Shown in pieces: positions 26,133 through 38,078 of a stretch of 64,000 nt of DNA. The notes beneath the pieces are model-generated. The model was not told the DNA's origin and made no database searches. It saw nothing but the letters and a program-made list of their open reading frames with translations. Origin of the DNA: Octopus sinensis (taxonomy: Eukaryota); contig NC_043008.1 in NCBI RefSeq assembly GCF_006345805.1, forward strand, positions 64,170,001-64,234,000, in the 5' to 3' direction. Positions within the stretch are counted from its first letter, which is position 1, and every line of letters starts with the position of its first letter. Made by a program: the position numbers and the translations under genes.

Positions 26133-26525
26133 TGTGGAGATGCAATGGCCCAGTGGTTAGGGCAGTGGACTCGCAATCATAGGATCGTGGTTTCGATTCC
26201 CAGATCGGGCATTGTGTTTATTGAGTGAAAACACCTAAATCTCCATGAGGTTCTGGAAGGATGTGGAGTGGGGGTGGGGTGGGGCGAACCCTGCTGTACT
26301 CCTTCACCACAACTTTCTCTCACTCTTTCTTCCTGTTTCTGTTGTACCTGTATTTCGAAAGGCCATCCTTGTCACACTCTGTCATGCTGAATCTTCCTGA
26401 GAACTATGTTAAGGGTACACATGTCTGTGGAGTACTCAGCCACTTACATGTTAATTTCACTAGCAGGCTGTTCCATTGATCGGATCAACTGGAACCCTCA
26501 TCGTCGTAACCGCCAGAATGACACA
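26133..26525 (+). mobile_element. SINE family C, tail type 2
   Basis: Family C head; tail CCTTGTCACACTCTGTC..GAGAACTATGTTAAGGGTACAC..GGAACCCTCATCGTCGTAACC. Confidence 0.85.
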
Positions 26526-27287
26526 GGTGTATGTCTAGTTGTTCTTTTTGCAAACAAACCTTTTAGTCACTGCTGTAAATGATAAGGAAAACACTTCATA
26601 TTTTTTTGTAAACAAATTAAATTTCATTTTTTTTCTTTAAGCAGTGCTTTTTAAATCATCACAAGTTACATATTATATCCAAGCAGTGTGACGAGAACAT
26701 TACCAACTAAAAGCCTACTGAGGCATAATGTTATACTTTCTTCCTCTCTATATTTGTGTGTATGTGTGTGTGTGTGTGCGCGCATATGTATATGTATGTG
26801 TGCATGCATGAACGTGTGTGTATGTGTGCATGCATGCACATGTGTGTGTATGCATGTTTGCATGTGTCTGTGTGTGTACATGTGTGTGGGTAAACTCACT
26901 CTATTTTGCGAACAATAATTTTTCAGACAATAATGTTTTATGCAACATTAAATCGTTTTGTTTTTAAGTCTTTTGGGAATCGAACAAAAAGAAAAAAATT
27001 TGTTATAAATGTATTTAGAGGTCATACTGCAAAGTTATTAATCAAAAGAAGACGATTTTTTTTTTATCAAGTACAACTAGTCATTTATTGAGTTTTATTT
27101 TTTTTATATATTTTCTTTTGGTTTCCATTAAAAATTAGTCACAGTCAACAACATTAGAATAATCAAATCGTTTTTTTTTTATTTATTATCATTAGAAAAT
27201 GACCAATTGATATTTAAAAACAAATTTACATATTGAGCTTAATTTTTTTCTTGAATGAAGTGTCAGTAAGTGCAATTTCTTAATGGA

Positions 27288-27322
27288 TCAAATTACAAAA
27301 TAATGATGCGAAGTGGAATAAC
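27288..27322 (-). CDS. candidate terminal coding exon (phase 1): (G)YSTSHHYFVI*
   Basis: Acceptor TTTGTCTTCTGTCGACTCCATATCTTAG followed by AT-rich UTR-like sequence with AATAAA; reading frame assumed. Confidence 0.25.
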
Positions 27323-27429
27323 CTAAGATATGGAGTCGACAGAAGACAAATAAACAGTCTTCTAAACATTATATCTGAATAATAATGATTTAATCAAAAT
27401 AAACTGTATTTTGTTAAAGTAATTTCAGA

Positions 27430-27690
27430 ATCATCATCACCATCACCATCATTATTATATTTGTTTAACATCCACTTTTCTATGCTTCCATGAGTTAGAT
27501 GGAGTTTGTTGAGGCAGATCTTCTACAGATGGGTAGCCTTCTTGTTGTCAACTTACATCTATTTCTCGGGACAATATTATTTTCCCAGTGCAAGACAAAT
27601 TTTTCATGTAAGACCAGAAATGAATGATCCTGCTTGTAAGTTAGTGAGGCTCATGTATAAGTATCAAGCAATGAGTACAGAAAATACACA
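27430..27690 (-). mobile_element. diverged RTE-tail retroposon
   Basis: TTTAACATCCACTTTTCTATGCTTCCATGAGTTAGATGG is the diverged reverse complement of the RTE-type tail. Confidence 0.6.
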
Positions 27691-27801
27691 CATATATTCA
27701 TACATATATGCACACACACACATATATGTATATATAGGTGTGTGTGTGCATGTGTGCATGCATGTATGTATATATATATTTGTGTGCATGTGTGTGTGTG
27801 T

Positions 27802-28352
27802 CATCATCATCATCATCATTATCGTTTAATGTCTGCTTTCCTTGCTAGCATGGGTTGGACGATTTGACTGAGGGCTGGTGAGCCAGATGCCTGCACCAGT
27901 CTCCAATCTTGACCTGGCAGAGTTTCTAGAGCTGGATGCCGTTCTTAACACCAACCACTCCAAGAGTGTAGTGGGTGCTTTTATGTGCCACCGGCACAGA
28001 AGCCAGTTAGCCGCTCTGGCAACGATCCCGCTTGGATGGTGCTCTTAGCACCCTACTAGCACAGGGCATGAGTGCCAGTAAGGCAATGCTGGTAATGTTC
28101 ACACTCGAATAGTGACTTTTATGTGCCTCTGGCATGGAAGCTGGTTAGCTGCTGTCGACAATCACGCTCGTATGGTGCTCTTTGCACCCCGCTAGCATGG
28201 ATGCCAGTCATCGAATTTGATTTCAATTTCATTTGCCTCAATAGGTCTTTGCAAGCAGAGTTTAGTGTCCAAAGAAGAAAAAGGTATGCATAAGTGGGCT
28301 GGTTATGCCCCTGGCATAAGCCACAAGATTATGGTTTCATTTGGCTTACTGG
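27802..28352 (-). mobile_element. RTE-tail retroposon with internal tandem sub-repeats
   Basis: (GAT)n tail, GCTAGCATGGGTTGGACGATTTGACTGAGG; internal repeats of TTTTATGTGCC..GGCA..GAAGC..GTTAGC..ATGGTGCTCTT. Confidence 0.75.
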
Positions 28353-28374
28353 TGTGTATATATATATATATTTA

Positions 28375-28535
28375 TATGCTTCTTTCAGTTTCCGTCTATC
28401 AAATCCTGACTCAAGTCTTTGGTTGACCATAGGCTTTAAAAAAAGACGTGCCCAAAGTGTGTACAGTAGGACTGAACGTAAGACCACATAAGTGGGATAC
28501 AAGCTTCTCAACCTCACAGCCACACCTATGCCTAT
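28375..28535 (-). mobile_element. SINE family A, diverged 5' half
   Basis: CTTTCAGTTTCCGTCTATCAAATCC..CACAGCCACACCTATGCC. Confidence 0.7.
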
Positions 28536-29084
28536 AGCCATTTTGGAGTAGGCTTCTTGATTTGTATCACATGGATTACTTTAGCAAAAATATGCCTACA
28601 CTATCAAATAATCTATATTTTAAGATGCATCCACCTAAGGGGAAATATTTAGATCTTTCACCTGAAGTGGATATTTTGAAGTTGATCTCCTAGACTTGGT
28701 AGACAACATTGATTTCAATATATAACCCTTACTACTTTGAACTAAAATCTCATGCTAAGAAACTTAAAATCTCTAAAAATAAGTTTGTGAGACAAATAAA
28801 CTGTATGAAATCAATAACGACCTACATGATAAGTTGCTGCGGGATATGATCTCTACTAAATATAAATATAAGATAGATAATGTAGATAGATATAACATCA
28901 TAATGATAAGGCTAAAATCCTTGCTGGACAAAATAAAATTGATGATAGGTTAGAATGCTGAGCTAAAAGAGAAACTTTCATAACTTTAAAAGATAACAAG
29001 TTTAATTTAATAATAAGCCCACTGCTAGTCTTTTAAACCCAGCCACAACTAAAATAGATTTAGCGTCCGAAAATTACAAAGAAA

Positions 29085-29277
29085 TATTGGTTTCAAACTT
29101 TGGCAAAATTGCAGCAATTTTGATCCTAGTGTTCAACTGATAGTCGTTATATTAATCCCAAAAGTTTGAAAGGCAATGTTGACCTCAGCAGAATTTGAAC
29201 TCAGAACATAAAGATGGATGAAACACCACTAAGCATTTTGCCCAGCTTGCTAATGATTCTGCCAGTTTGCCACCTTA
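29085..29277 (-). mobile_element. SINE family B inserted in the PLE RT fossil
   Basis: Meta-like core on the - strand; AAATTACAAAGAA duplicated on both sides (~29071 and ~29277). Confidence 0.75.
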
Positions 29278-29436
29278 AATTACAAAGAATTATTAATAAT
29301 AGAATTGGGAAAACTATTAAACTACTGCAATGTGTAAAAAGCTACACTTTTAACAGAGTGGGTATAGGCCATAGATTGGTTTAAGAATGTAAAAGATAAG
29401 TATAGACCTAGATTTGTAAAATTTGATATTGGAGAT

Positions 29437-29852
29437 GAGTGGCTGTGTGGTAAGTAGCTTGCTTACCAACCACATGGTTCCGGGTTCAGTCCCACTGCGT
29501 GGCACCTTGGGCAAGTGTCTTCTACTATAGCCTTGGGCCGACCAAAGCCTTGTGAGTGGATTTGGTAGATGGAAACTGAAAGAAGCCCGTCGTATATATG
29601 TATATATATATACATATATGTATGTATATGTGCGTGTATGTTTGTGTGTCTGTGTTTGTCCGACCAACATCGCTTGACAACCGATGCTGGTGTGTTTACA
29701 TCCCTGTGACTTAGCGGTTCAGTAAAAGTGACCAATAAAATAAGTACTAGGCTTACAAAGAATAAGTCTTGGGGTTGATTTGATCAACTAAAGGCGGTGC
29801 TCCAGCATGGCTGCTGTCAAATGACTGAAACAAGTAAAAGAGTAAAAGAGAG
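29437..29852 (+). mobile_element. SINE family A, full length, splitting the RT motif FDI..YP
   Basis: Near-consensus copy. Confidence 0.9.
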
Positions 29853-30065
29853 TATCCCTTGATACCGAGATTCTTACTGGATAAGTACTGGGGTTGATTT
29901 GTTTGACTAAACCCTTGTGTGGCTAAACCCCAGCATGGCCACAGTTTATTGACCGAAATATCTAACAAAATAAAAAAAGGCAAAGTAGATGCAGCTGAAT
30001 TGGTGAATGAAGAATATAAAATGAACAATAAACTGGATCCAGCCATTTGTTGCCATGGAATGGCA

Positions 30066-30115
30066 CTAAGTACATTGCGACATTATGGAAAACCTTTTGA
30101 TTGATGTCAGCACAT
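30066..30115 (-). CDS. candidate terminal coding exon (phase 1): (D)VLTSIKRFSIMSQCT*
   Basis: About 70-nt pyrimidine tract upstream on the - strand ending ..CCCTTGCGCAAAG; the phase-2 frame is also open, so the frame is uncertain. Confidence 0.3.
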
Positions 30116-30634
30116 CTTTGCGCAAGGGAAAGGGATAGAAAGAAAAGGAAAGTGAGAGAGGGAAGGAAGAACAAAACTGAAATAAGAAGGAAATAAAAAC
30201 AAAACAAATAAATTACAAAAAAATAAAATTCAGCAACAACAAAAAAACAAACAACAAAAAACTAAATTATACATCATAGTATTATAGAAATGACAAAATA
30301 AAGTTTTGATCTGGTGTTATCAACCTGTAGGAATTAATAAGAACATTGAGAGTTGTTTACAAGGAAGATCTAAAAATCTTTTACCGTTCTGATGTGTATA
30401 TAAAACACGGCAAAGTAAAAATTAAGCTTTTAAAACACAAACAAATGGAACAAGTGAAGTAAAACATTGCCGCCATCTTCATTTCATAATCTCAGTGTTT
30501 TAGCATATATAGTTCTGGTTTTTGCTTTTTGTCTGATGCTGTCATATCATCATCATCATCTTCATCATCATTAATACTACTGCTATTGTTGTTGTTGCTG
30601 TCACAGTTGTTGATATTGTTGTTGCCGTAGTTGA

Positions 30635-31195
30635 TCTTCTTCTTCTTCTCCTCCTTCTCCTCCTCCCCTTCTTCGTCCTCCCTCCTCCTCTAGTCCTCCT
30701 CCTCCTCTCCTCCTCCCTCCTCCTCTAGTCCTCCTTCTTCTCTACCTCCCCCTCCTCCTCCCTTTCTTCTTCTTCTTCTCCTCCCCTCCTCCCCTCCACC
30801 CTCCTCCTCTAGTCCTCCTTCTTCTCTACCCCCCTCCTCCTCTACTCCTTCTTCTTCTCTGCCTCCTCCTCTCCTCCTCCTCCTTCTTCTCTACCCCTCC
30901 TCCTCTACTCCTTCTTCTTCTTCTCTGCCTCCTCCTCTCCTCCTCTTTCTTCTCTACCCCCCCTCATCTACTCCTTCTTCTTCTCTGCCTCCTCCTCTCC
31001 TCCTCCACTCCCCCTCCTTCTCTACTGCCTCCTCCTCCTCCCTTTTTTCTTCTTCTTCTTCTCCTCCTCTTCCTCTTCCGCCCCTCCTCTACTACTCCTC
31101 CTTCACCTCTTCCTCCCCTCCTCCTCCTTTTTTCTTCTTCTTCTCCTATCTCTCTCACCTCCCCCTCCTTTCTCCACCTTCTTTTACTTTTCTTG
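30635..31195. repeat. ~560-bp polypyrimidine/polypurine (CCT/CTT)n tract
   Basis: Direct reading. Confidence 0.95.
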
Positions 31196-31271
31196 CTGTT
31201 ATTGTTGCCACAGTTATTGTTGCTGTTGTTGTTGTCCTCGTCATTATTACTGCTACTACTATCATTAATGT

Positions 31272-31700
31272 GTTGAGCTGGCAGAACTGTTAGCATACCA
31301 GGTGAAATGCATAGCAGTATTTCATTTACTGCTACATTCTGAGTTCAAATTCCACAGAGGTTGACTTTGCCGTTCATCCTTTCAGGGTCAATAAAATAAA
31401 TACCAGTGAACCACTAGGGTCAATGTAATCAACAAGTCCCCTCCCTACCAAATTTCAGGCCTTATGCCTTCAGTAGAAAGGATTATTATTATTATTACTA
31501 AGGGAGAGAGCTGGCAGAATCATTAGCGCGCTGGACGAAATGCTTAGCGGTTTTTTGACTGTCACTAGCTTCTGAGTTCAAACTCCACCGAAGTTGACTT
31601 AGTTTTTCATCCTTTCAAGGTCAATAAACTAAGTACCAGTGAAACATGGAGGGAGGTCAATGTAATCCCCCAAAATTTCACCTCCCCCAAATTTTCAGTT
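31272..31700 (+). mobile_element. two tandem family B SINEs
   Basis: GAGCTGGCAGAA heads at 31275 and 31508, each followed by a Meta-like core. Confidence 0.8.
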
Positions 31701-31933
31701 TAAACCTTTCAACACCTAGCATAAAGACACCTCCCTCTCTGCTCTACTCCCACTCAGCCAACAAAAGTTTTATTCATAGGAATTACATGGTGGCCTTACT
31801 GGTAATAGTGCAATGTAAAAAGTACCCAGTATGTTTCACAAAATGGTTAGCATTAGAAAGGGCATCCAACCATAAAAACCATGCAAAAGGGGACCTTGGA
31901 GCATTATGTAGTCTTCTGGCACATCAGTATCTT

Positions 31934-32240
31934 GTGGAGGCACATGGCCTAGTGGTTAGAACAGTGGACTCGTGGTCGAGGGATCATGGGTTTGAATCTC
32001 AGACTGGTTAATGTGTGTGTTTATGAGTGAAACACCTAAGCTCCATGCGACTCCGGCAGAAAGTAGTGGCGAACTTCTGCTGACTCTTTCGCCACAACTT
32101 TCTCTCACTCTTTCCTCCTGCATCTTGCAGCTCACCTGTGACGGACCAGCGTCCCGTCCTGGTGGGGAACCTATATGCCAAGGAAACCAGTAAACTGGCC
32201 CTTATGAGCCAAGTGTGGCTCGACAAGGAACAAACAACAT
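31934..32240 (+). mobile_element. SINE family C, tail type 1
   Basis: Colinear with 21250-21550. Confidence 0.85.
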
Positions 32241-32966
32241 CAGAATCTTGTATCTTTCTTTTTCTTTGGCTCAACACATCAAGAGACAGATTATTCAATG
32301 TATCCATTCTTTAAGTTATATAGCTACTTTGTTTGAGGTAGAAATTTGGTCATTGTATCTAGTAGTTTGATGGAATATATGAAGTTTTCCTCCATATACT
32401 AGAAGTCTGTTCTACATATTTGTAACTGCAAGCTCTTGTTTAATGATCTATGGGTTTTGGCATCAGACATTGAAATGGTGCATACAGGTGTGAAAGCAAT
32501 AGGTTTTTAAGCAATAAAGTCATTTATATTGCAGTTACCCACATCGTTCTAGGTTCTTATTGGCTGCTTAGCTTTTGTGTGTTCCATATATTATTGTTAT
32601 TGCAGCAACCTGTCTCCTCTGATTAAAGTCATCTATGACAAATATTTTGGTAATGCTAGTTTTATTAATACACACACACATATATATATGTCTAAATACA
32701 CACAAATGGAAACATTAATGCTACCGCACACATATACACACATGTGTGGATATAGCTATAGCTGTGTGGTCAAGCTGTACAGTTTGCAATCATGTGGTTT
32801 CGTGCTTGATCCCACTGTCTAACGCTTTGGGCAGGTGACTTCTCTTATAATCTCAGACTGAGTAAAATTTCATGCTTTTCCATGAAATTTGGAAGTCAGA
32901 AAGTGTATAAAAGTCCCTTGTGTTTGTGTGTGTGTGTGTGTATGTGTACACACATATATATAATGA

Positions 32967-33290
32967 GTGAGGGCGCGTGGCTTAGTGGTTAGGGAATTCG
33001 GCTCATGATCGTAAGGTTGTGAGTTCGATTCCCGGCGACGCGTTGTGTCCTTGAGCAAGACACTTTATTTCACGTTGCTCCAGTCCACTCAGCTGGCAAA
33101 AATGAGTTGTACTTGTATTTCAAAGGGTCAGCCTTGTCACTCTCTGTGTCACGCTGATTATCCCCGAGAACTACGTTAAGGGTACACGTGTCTGTGGAAT
33201 GCTCAGCCATTTGCACGTTAATTTCACGAGCAAGCTGTTCCGTTGATCGTATCAGCTGGGACCCTCGTCGTCGTAACCGGCGGAGTCTTA
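32967..33290 (+). mobile_element. young tRNA/CORE SINE with tail type 2
   Basis: GGCGCGTGGCTTAGTGGTTAGGG..GAGTTCGATTCCCGG, CORE-like GTGTCCTTGAGCAAGACACTT; CpGs retained. Confidence 0.85.
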
Positions 33291-33309
33291 TTATATATAA
33301 TGATATATA

Positions 33310-33420
33310 TAGAGACTGAAACCTAGTGCAGCTCCCTAGCTTACCAGTTCTCAGTCAAACTCTCCAAGCCATGCCAGCATGGAAAATGGATGTTAAATGA
33401 TGATGATAACGATGATGTTA
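33310..33420 (+). mobile_element. RTE-type tail fragment
   Basis: CCATGCCAGCATGGAAAATGGATGTTAAATGATGATGAT. Confidence 0.7.
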
Positions 33421-33518
33421 TTATATATATATACAAATAGATACACACACACATATAGTTATAAATTGAGGATGTAATCATTAAGATTATTATATCAGTG
33501 GCTAGCATATAAAAAAAA

Positions 33519-33914
33519 GTGGCTGTGTGGTAAGTAGCTTGCTAACCAACCACATGGTTCCGGGTTTAGTCCCACTGCGTGGCATCTTGGGCAAGTGTCT
33601 TCTGCTATAGCCCCGGGCCAACCAATGCCTTGTGAGTGGATTTGGTAGACAGAAACTGAAAGAAGCCTGTCGTATATATATATATATATATGTGTATGTG
33701 TGTGTTTGTATGTCTGTGTTTGTCCCCCTAGCATTGCTTGACAACCGATGCTGGTGTGTTTATGTCCCCGTCACTTAGCGGTTCGGTAAAAGAGACCGAT
33801 AGAATAAGTACTGGGCTTACAAAGAATAAGTCCCGGGGTCGATTTGCTCGACTAAAGGCGGTGCTCCAGCATGGCCGCAGTCAAATGACTGAAACAAGTA
33901 AAAGAGTAAAAGAG
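33519..33914 (+). mobile_element. SINE family A, full length
   Basis: Near-consensus copy. Confidence 0.9.
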
Positions 33915-33959
33915 ATATCAGTTAGATTAATTTTTAAGTATATAATTATAAAAATATAA

Positions 33960-34301
33960 CTATAATTAAGGGCGCTGGAATGCCAGCACCTATACACTAG
34001 AAGTACTAGAAGTTTCCTTTTCTACTTCATGAAGGTTCTATTTGCATTTATAAGTACTCCAACATTGTTATATTTTAGGATGGTCATTTTTTTTGCCAAA
34101 TAAACACCTGCATTATATATTTGTTCTTCATTTGTTCATTTTTGTTATTTTATATCCATTGACTGGAAATCTTTCATAACACACCTGAAGTGGTCACAGG
34201 TGTGTTATTTAGTAAGAAAAAATATGATCCTCCTGAAATATAACAATATCTGTTTAAACACATGATTCTTGCATCAAGAATCTTGAAAAACAAATACTTA
34301 A

Positions 34302-34305
<4 letters not shown>
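33960..34305. mobile_element. diverged member of the inverted-repeat/HHR family at 54.9 and 60.4 kb
   Basis: ATTGTTATATTTTAGGATGGTCAT and GAAATATAACAATATCTGTTTAAACACATGA align with the 54946-55287 element; central ATAACACACCTG/CAGGTGTGTTAT hairpin with CTGAAGTG. Confidence 0.55.
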
Positions 34306-34345
<40 letters not shown>

Positions 34346-35161
34346 TGTGAGTGTGTGTGTGTGTGATTCAAATGTACAAAAAGCAAAAGGGAGAGACAAG
34401 CAGATGGGTGAACAGCAAGCAGGTGTATTAGTTTGATGCTTGAGGAAAATGGAGAAGTCATAGATGTTTCAAGCCTATGCTCTTTGAATTAAAGGGATGA
34501 GAGGGAAAAAAATTGGAGAGACAGAGAAAAACGGTGAGAGAAAATAATTTGTCAGGATTAGGCATGCTGGAATGAGGAGCAGAAGACAAAAAAGAGAAAA
34601 TGTTATTAATGTACAAAGTTTATATACATACACACACACATATATAACCATACATTATATATATAACGCGGAGTAGATGAAACAGGGACAACTGAAGAAG
34701 GGGGATATTTTATGTGTTTTGTGTCTTGTTTCTCTGGGGTTTTTTTTTGCGTTTTTTGTTGTTTGAAAACAAGTTCGTTTCTATGTTTTTGTTTTTATGT
34801 TTTCATTTCTCCTTGTGTTCAACGTTTTTTTGATGTCCTGTACCCATATATGCATGTATATATGCAGGAGGACTTAAATGACATGCAAAGGTACATGAAG
34901 CCCAGTTACAACTACAACCGGCTATTACCAGTAAAGGTTTTAGCTGCCAAAAGTCACATTCAATCACAGAACCAGTAACAGTTAAGCTTCGTGCAATGGC
35001 CATACTCAATAATGAGGGGGCAGCCATAATAATAATATGTAGGTGTGTACATATATGTATATATATATGCATATATTTATATATTATTTATATTATTATA
35101 AGATCAAACACCACACATACTTTTCTAAGGAACTTTTATCTATATATATAGATACATATAT

Positions 35162-35430
35162 CACGTTATCACGTGACCGACCAGTCCATCAGATGTAGTT
35201 ACACATCGCTGGTCACAATGCATTCGCATCGTTTTAACCTTCGAATGACGCCAACAGAAGAAACAGTAGGAGAAAGAGTGGTAAAAGAGTACAGCAGGAA
35301 TCACCACCACCCCGCCGGAGCCTCGTGGAGCTCTTAGGTGTTTTTGCTCAATAAACACTCACAATCGAAACACTCTGGGAATCGAAACCGCGAGTCCGCG
35401 TGCCCTAACCACTGGGCCATTGCGTCTCCA
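35162..35430 (-). mobile_element. SINE family C, tail type 3
   Basis: Family C head at 35380-35430; tail GCATTGTGACCAGCGATGTGTAACTACATCTGATGG..GGTCACGTGAT. Confidence 0.85.
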
Positions 35431-35499
35431 CATATATATACATATATATTTATATATATGTGTGTGTGTGTGTGTATTCACATACGTACATACATATAT

Positions 35500-35530
<31 letters not shown>

Positions 35531-35706
35531 ATAATAAATATTAGGGAATAAATCCAAATTTACAGGGAAAAAATCAGATTTAGGATTAAATCGATTTTAT
35601 AGTAAAATATTATAAAATATTATTCGAGACAAAACCACTATTTTGCAAAACAAACAAGGAAAGACTTAATCAATACATAAAATTTTAATAAATAGTCAAA
35701 AAACCG

Positions 35707-35747
35707 CCACTACAATCGTTTCTTGTCTGATCGACATCTTCAGGTGG
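35707..35747 (-). ncRNA. minimal type I hammerhead ribozyme
   Basis: CCAC-CTGAAGA-TGTC-GATCA-GACA-A-GAAA-CGATTG-TA-GTGG. Confidence 0.8.
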
Positions 35748-35799
35748 ACTTCCAATAATTCAGTGTCAAATTATATAATTTGACACTGAATTATTGGAA

Positions 35800-35843
35800 G
35801 TCACTGAAGATTGTCGATCAAGACAAGAAACGATTGTAGTGGC
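35800..35843 (+). ncRNA. minimal type I hammerhead ribozyme (stem I shortened)
   Basis: GTCA-CTGAAGA-TTGTC-GATCAA-GACAA-GAAA-CGATTG-TA-GTGGC. Confidence 0.7.
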
Positions 35844-35928
35844 GGTTTTTTTGACTATTTATTAAAATTTTATGTATTGATTAAGTCTTTCTTGTTTGTT
35901 TTGCAAAATAGTGGTTTTGTCTCGAATA

Positions 35929-35963
<35 letters not shown>

Positions 35964-36299
35964 AAACATATTTTAACACTTGCATACATGCATGAATTAG
36001 GTTAGTAGAATTTGCTAGAGGCTGGAAACACAAAATAGTACCTTGCTTATAAATCGCTGACTTGCGAATCTTCAAGTCTAGGATTAATTCAATTCTTTCT
36101 GAAGCCCTAATCCCCTTTTCCTATCAAGCGTGACAATAACCAGGTATTAATGAAATACATTGTAACACACAACCAGTCTTTAGACATGCTTATAAAAGCA
36201 TTCATGTTTTTTAATATGCTTCTGACCTTTTTAAGAAATTGCATGTTCAGCGTTTGTAGCAATTGTTGTTGTTATTGTTTTTATTATTACCGTTGCTCA

Positions 36300-36620
36300 G
36301 TGTGAAGTCATGTGGCTTTGTGGTTAGGGTATTCGACTCACAATCATTAGATCATGAGTTCAATACCTGACAGTGCATTGTGAGCAAGACACTTTATTTC
36401 ATGTTGTCTCAGTCCACTCAGTTGGCAAAAATGAGTAATATCTGTAATTCACAGGTCCTGCCTTACCAAATTCAGTGTCACTCTGAATCTCCGTAAAAAC
36501 TACATTAAGGATATGTGTGTCTCTGGAGTGCTCCGCCACTTGCATTTTAATTTCACAAGCCAGCTGTTCCATTGATTAGATCAACTGGAACCATCATCAT
36601 CATAACTGATGGAGTGCTAG
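36300..36620 (+). mobile_element. diverged tRNA/CORE SINE with tail type 2
   Basis: Colinear with 32967-33290. Confidence 0.8.
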
Positions 36621-36636
36621 ATTTATAGTTGCTTAA

Positions 36637-36890
36637 AAGGTGGTGGGTTTGCAATATCATTAGAATGCTGGGCAAAATGCTTTATGGCACAATGCTTAGT
36701 GGCACAATGCTTAGTGGCACAATGCTTAGTGGCACAATGCTTAGCAGCATTTTTGTCAATCTTTACATTCTGACTTTGCCTTTCGTCCTTTCAGGGTCAA
36801 TAAAATAAGGAACTTGGGTCAAGGTAATTGACTAGACCCTTCTCTCAAAATTTCAGACCCTGTACCAATAACAGAAAGGATCATTATTGT
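36637..36890 (+). mobile_element. family B SINE with internal 15-bp tandem amplification
   Basis: GGCACAATGCTTAGT x ~5 at 36671-36745, followed by a Meta-like core. Confidence 0.75.
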
Positions 36891-36964
36891 TACTTACAAG
36901 CTGGTGAGCTGTAAATTACTGCACCAGGCAAAATGCTTCATGGTATTTCTTCCATTTTTTTTTT

Positions 36965-37177
36965 ATTTATGTTTTACTTGCGGCCATGCTGGATCATTGC
37001 CTTGAAGAATTTCAGTTGAACGAATTAAACCCAGGATTTTTTTAAGCCTGGTACTAAATATATTGGGTTCTATTGATGAACTGCTAAGTTACAGGTATGT
37101 AAACACATCAACACACACACACACATACATTCATACACACACATATATATATACATATAATTAAAAATATACACACA

Positions 37178-37221
<44 letters not shown>

Positions 37222-37470
37222 ATTTTACATCAAGAATCTTGAAAACCAAATATTGTGTTTAAACTGGTCCCCTAGCACTGCTTGACAACTGGTGCTGTTT
37301 TGCTTACGTCCCTGTATCTTTGTGGTTCAACAAAAAGAGATCCGTAGAATAAATTCCAAGCTTGAAAATAATCACCAGGGTTGATTTGTTTGACTATCCT
37401 TTTCAAGTAGTACCCCAGTATGGCCACAGTCCAAAGACTAAAACAAATAAAAGATATAGGATAAAAGATC
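36965..37470. mobile_element. diverged family A 3' halves in opposite orientations around (CA)n
   Basis: GCGGCCATGCTGGA (-) and CCAGTATGGCCACAGTCC (+). Confidence 0.6.
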
Positions 37471-37965
37471 TAAGATTTACATCGCCAGTGCAACTTGTTT
37501 TAATCAAGTAGTATGTGGTTTGAGGGAATTTAACTGCTATCTCTACTACTTAAGTGTCCATGTAGACTCTCTATTTTGGATTTATATCTCTCTAAATGAC
37601 ATTTCTGTATTTCCAAACTCTAAATTTTTCTATTGGGTTTTTTGCTGTATGTTTAGCATCTCTCAGTGTTGGATCAATGAATCTGTGGAGAGTATTCTTC
37701 TCTGTTTTGTAGCAATTTATTGATGGTTGATCCGGGAAGCTAGAAAATTAAATCTATGGATGAATGATTTTGTTTTTATACAAAGAACAATGTCAAGAAC
37801 AACATCTGAGCCAAAGTGAATATATTATTGAATGTACCAGCTTAAACAGGTAAACATTTATAATAGAACAAAAACAATAAAAAAAGAAAGGACATCGAAA
37901 AATAATAGCAGTGAATATGTAGAATTCGGTACAAAAGAACAAAAGAGAATAATAACAAATCTTAC

Positions 37966-38004
37966 TCAGACACAGTGAATGTGTACATAGCACATTGTGT
38001 TTCC
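37966..38004 (-). CDS. candidate 39-nt internal exon
   Basis: Acceptor TTTTATATATTTGCAG and donor GA|GTAAGA; length is a multiple of 3; phase 1 reads (G)KHNVLCTHSLCL, phase 2 reads ETQCAMYTFTVS. Confidence 0.45.
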   Translation of the reverse strand, partial: GNTMCYVHIHCV

Positions 38005-38078
38005 CTGCAAATATATAAAACCAGTAGACACATAAAAACTGACAGATGTAAAGATTTCATTTTTAATCAGTTCTGCTA

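Larger units (their letters stand above)
28545..29885 (+). pseudogene. fossil Penelope-like element reverse transcriptase (N-terminal half), interrupted by two SINEs
   Basis: Frames give KIDDRLEC*AKRETFITLKDNK../NNKPTASLLNPATTKI, AIDWFKNVKDKYRPRFVKFDIGD and, after the SINE, YPLIPRFLLDK; these match the PLE RT pattern FITLKDHK..RLINPAKSEIG..INWFKNI..FDIEEFYPSI (from memory). Confidence 0.75.
35530..35940. mobile_element. non-autonomous Penelope-like element with head-to-head inverted arms, each carrying an HHR
   Basis: Near-perfect palindrome centred at 35775 (35610-35940); left arm extends to 35530; homologous to 10900-11470; in (TA)n. Confidence 0.8.

Noticed and set aside
30964-31296. R/E/G-rich 110-aa ORF
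   Set aside because: Translation of the (GAG/GAA)n low-complexity tract
32967-33040. tRNA-like sequences (here and at other SINE heads) as tRNA genes
   Set aside because: No proper acceptor stem or terminator; they run on into SINE bodies
34685-34850. GGACAA-CTGAAGA-AGGGGAT as a hammerhead
   Set aside because: No matching GAAA/stem III downstream; at most a fragment
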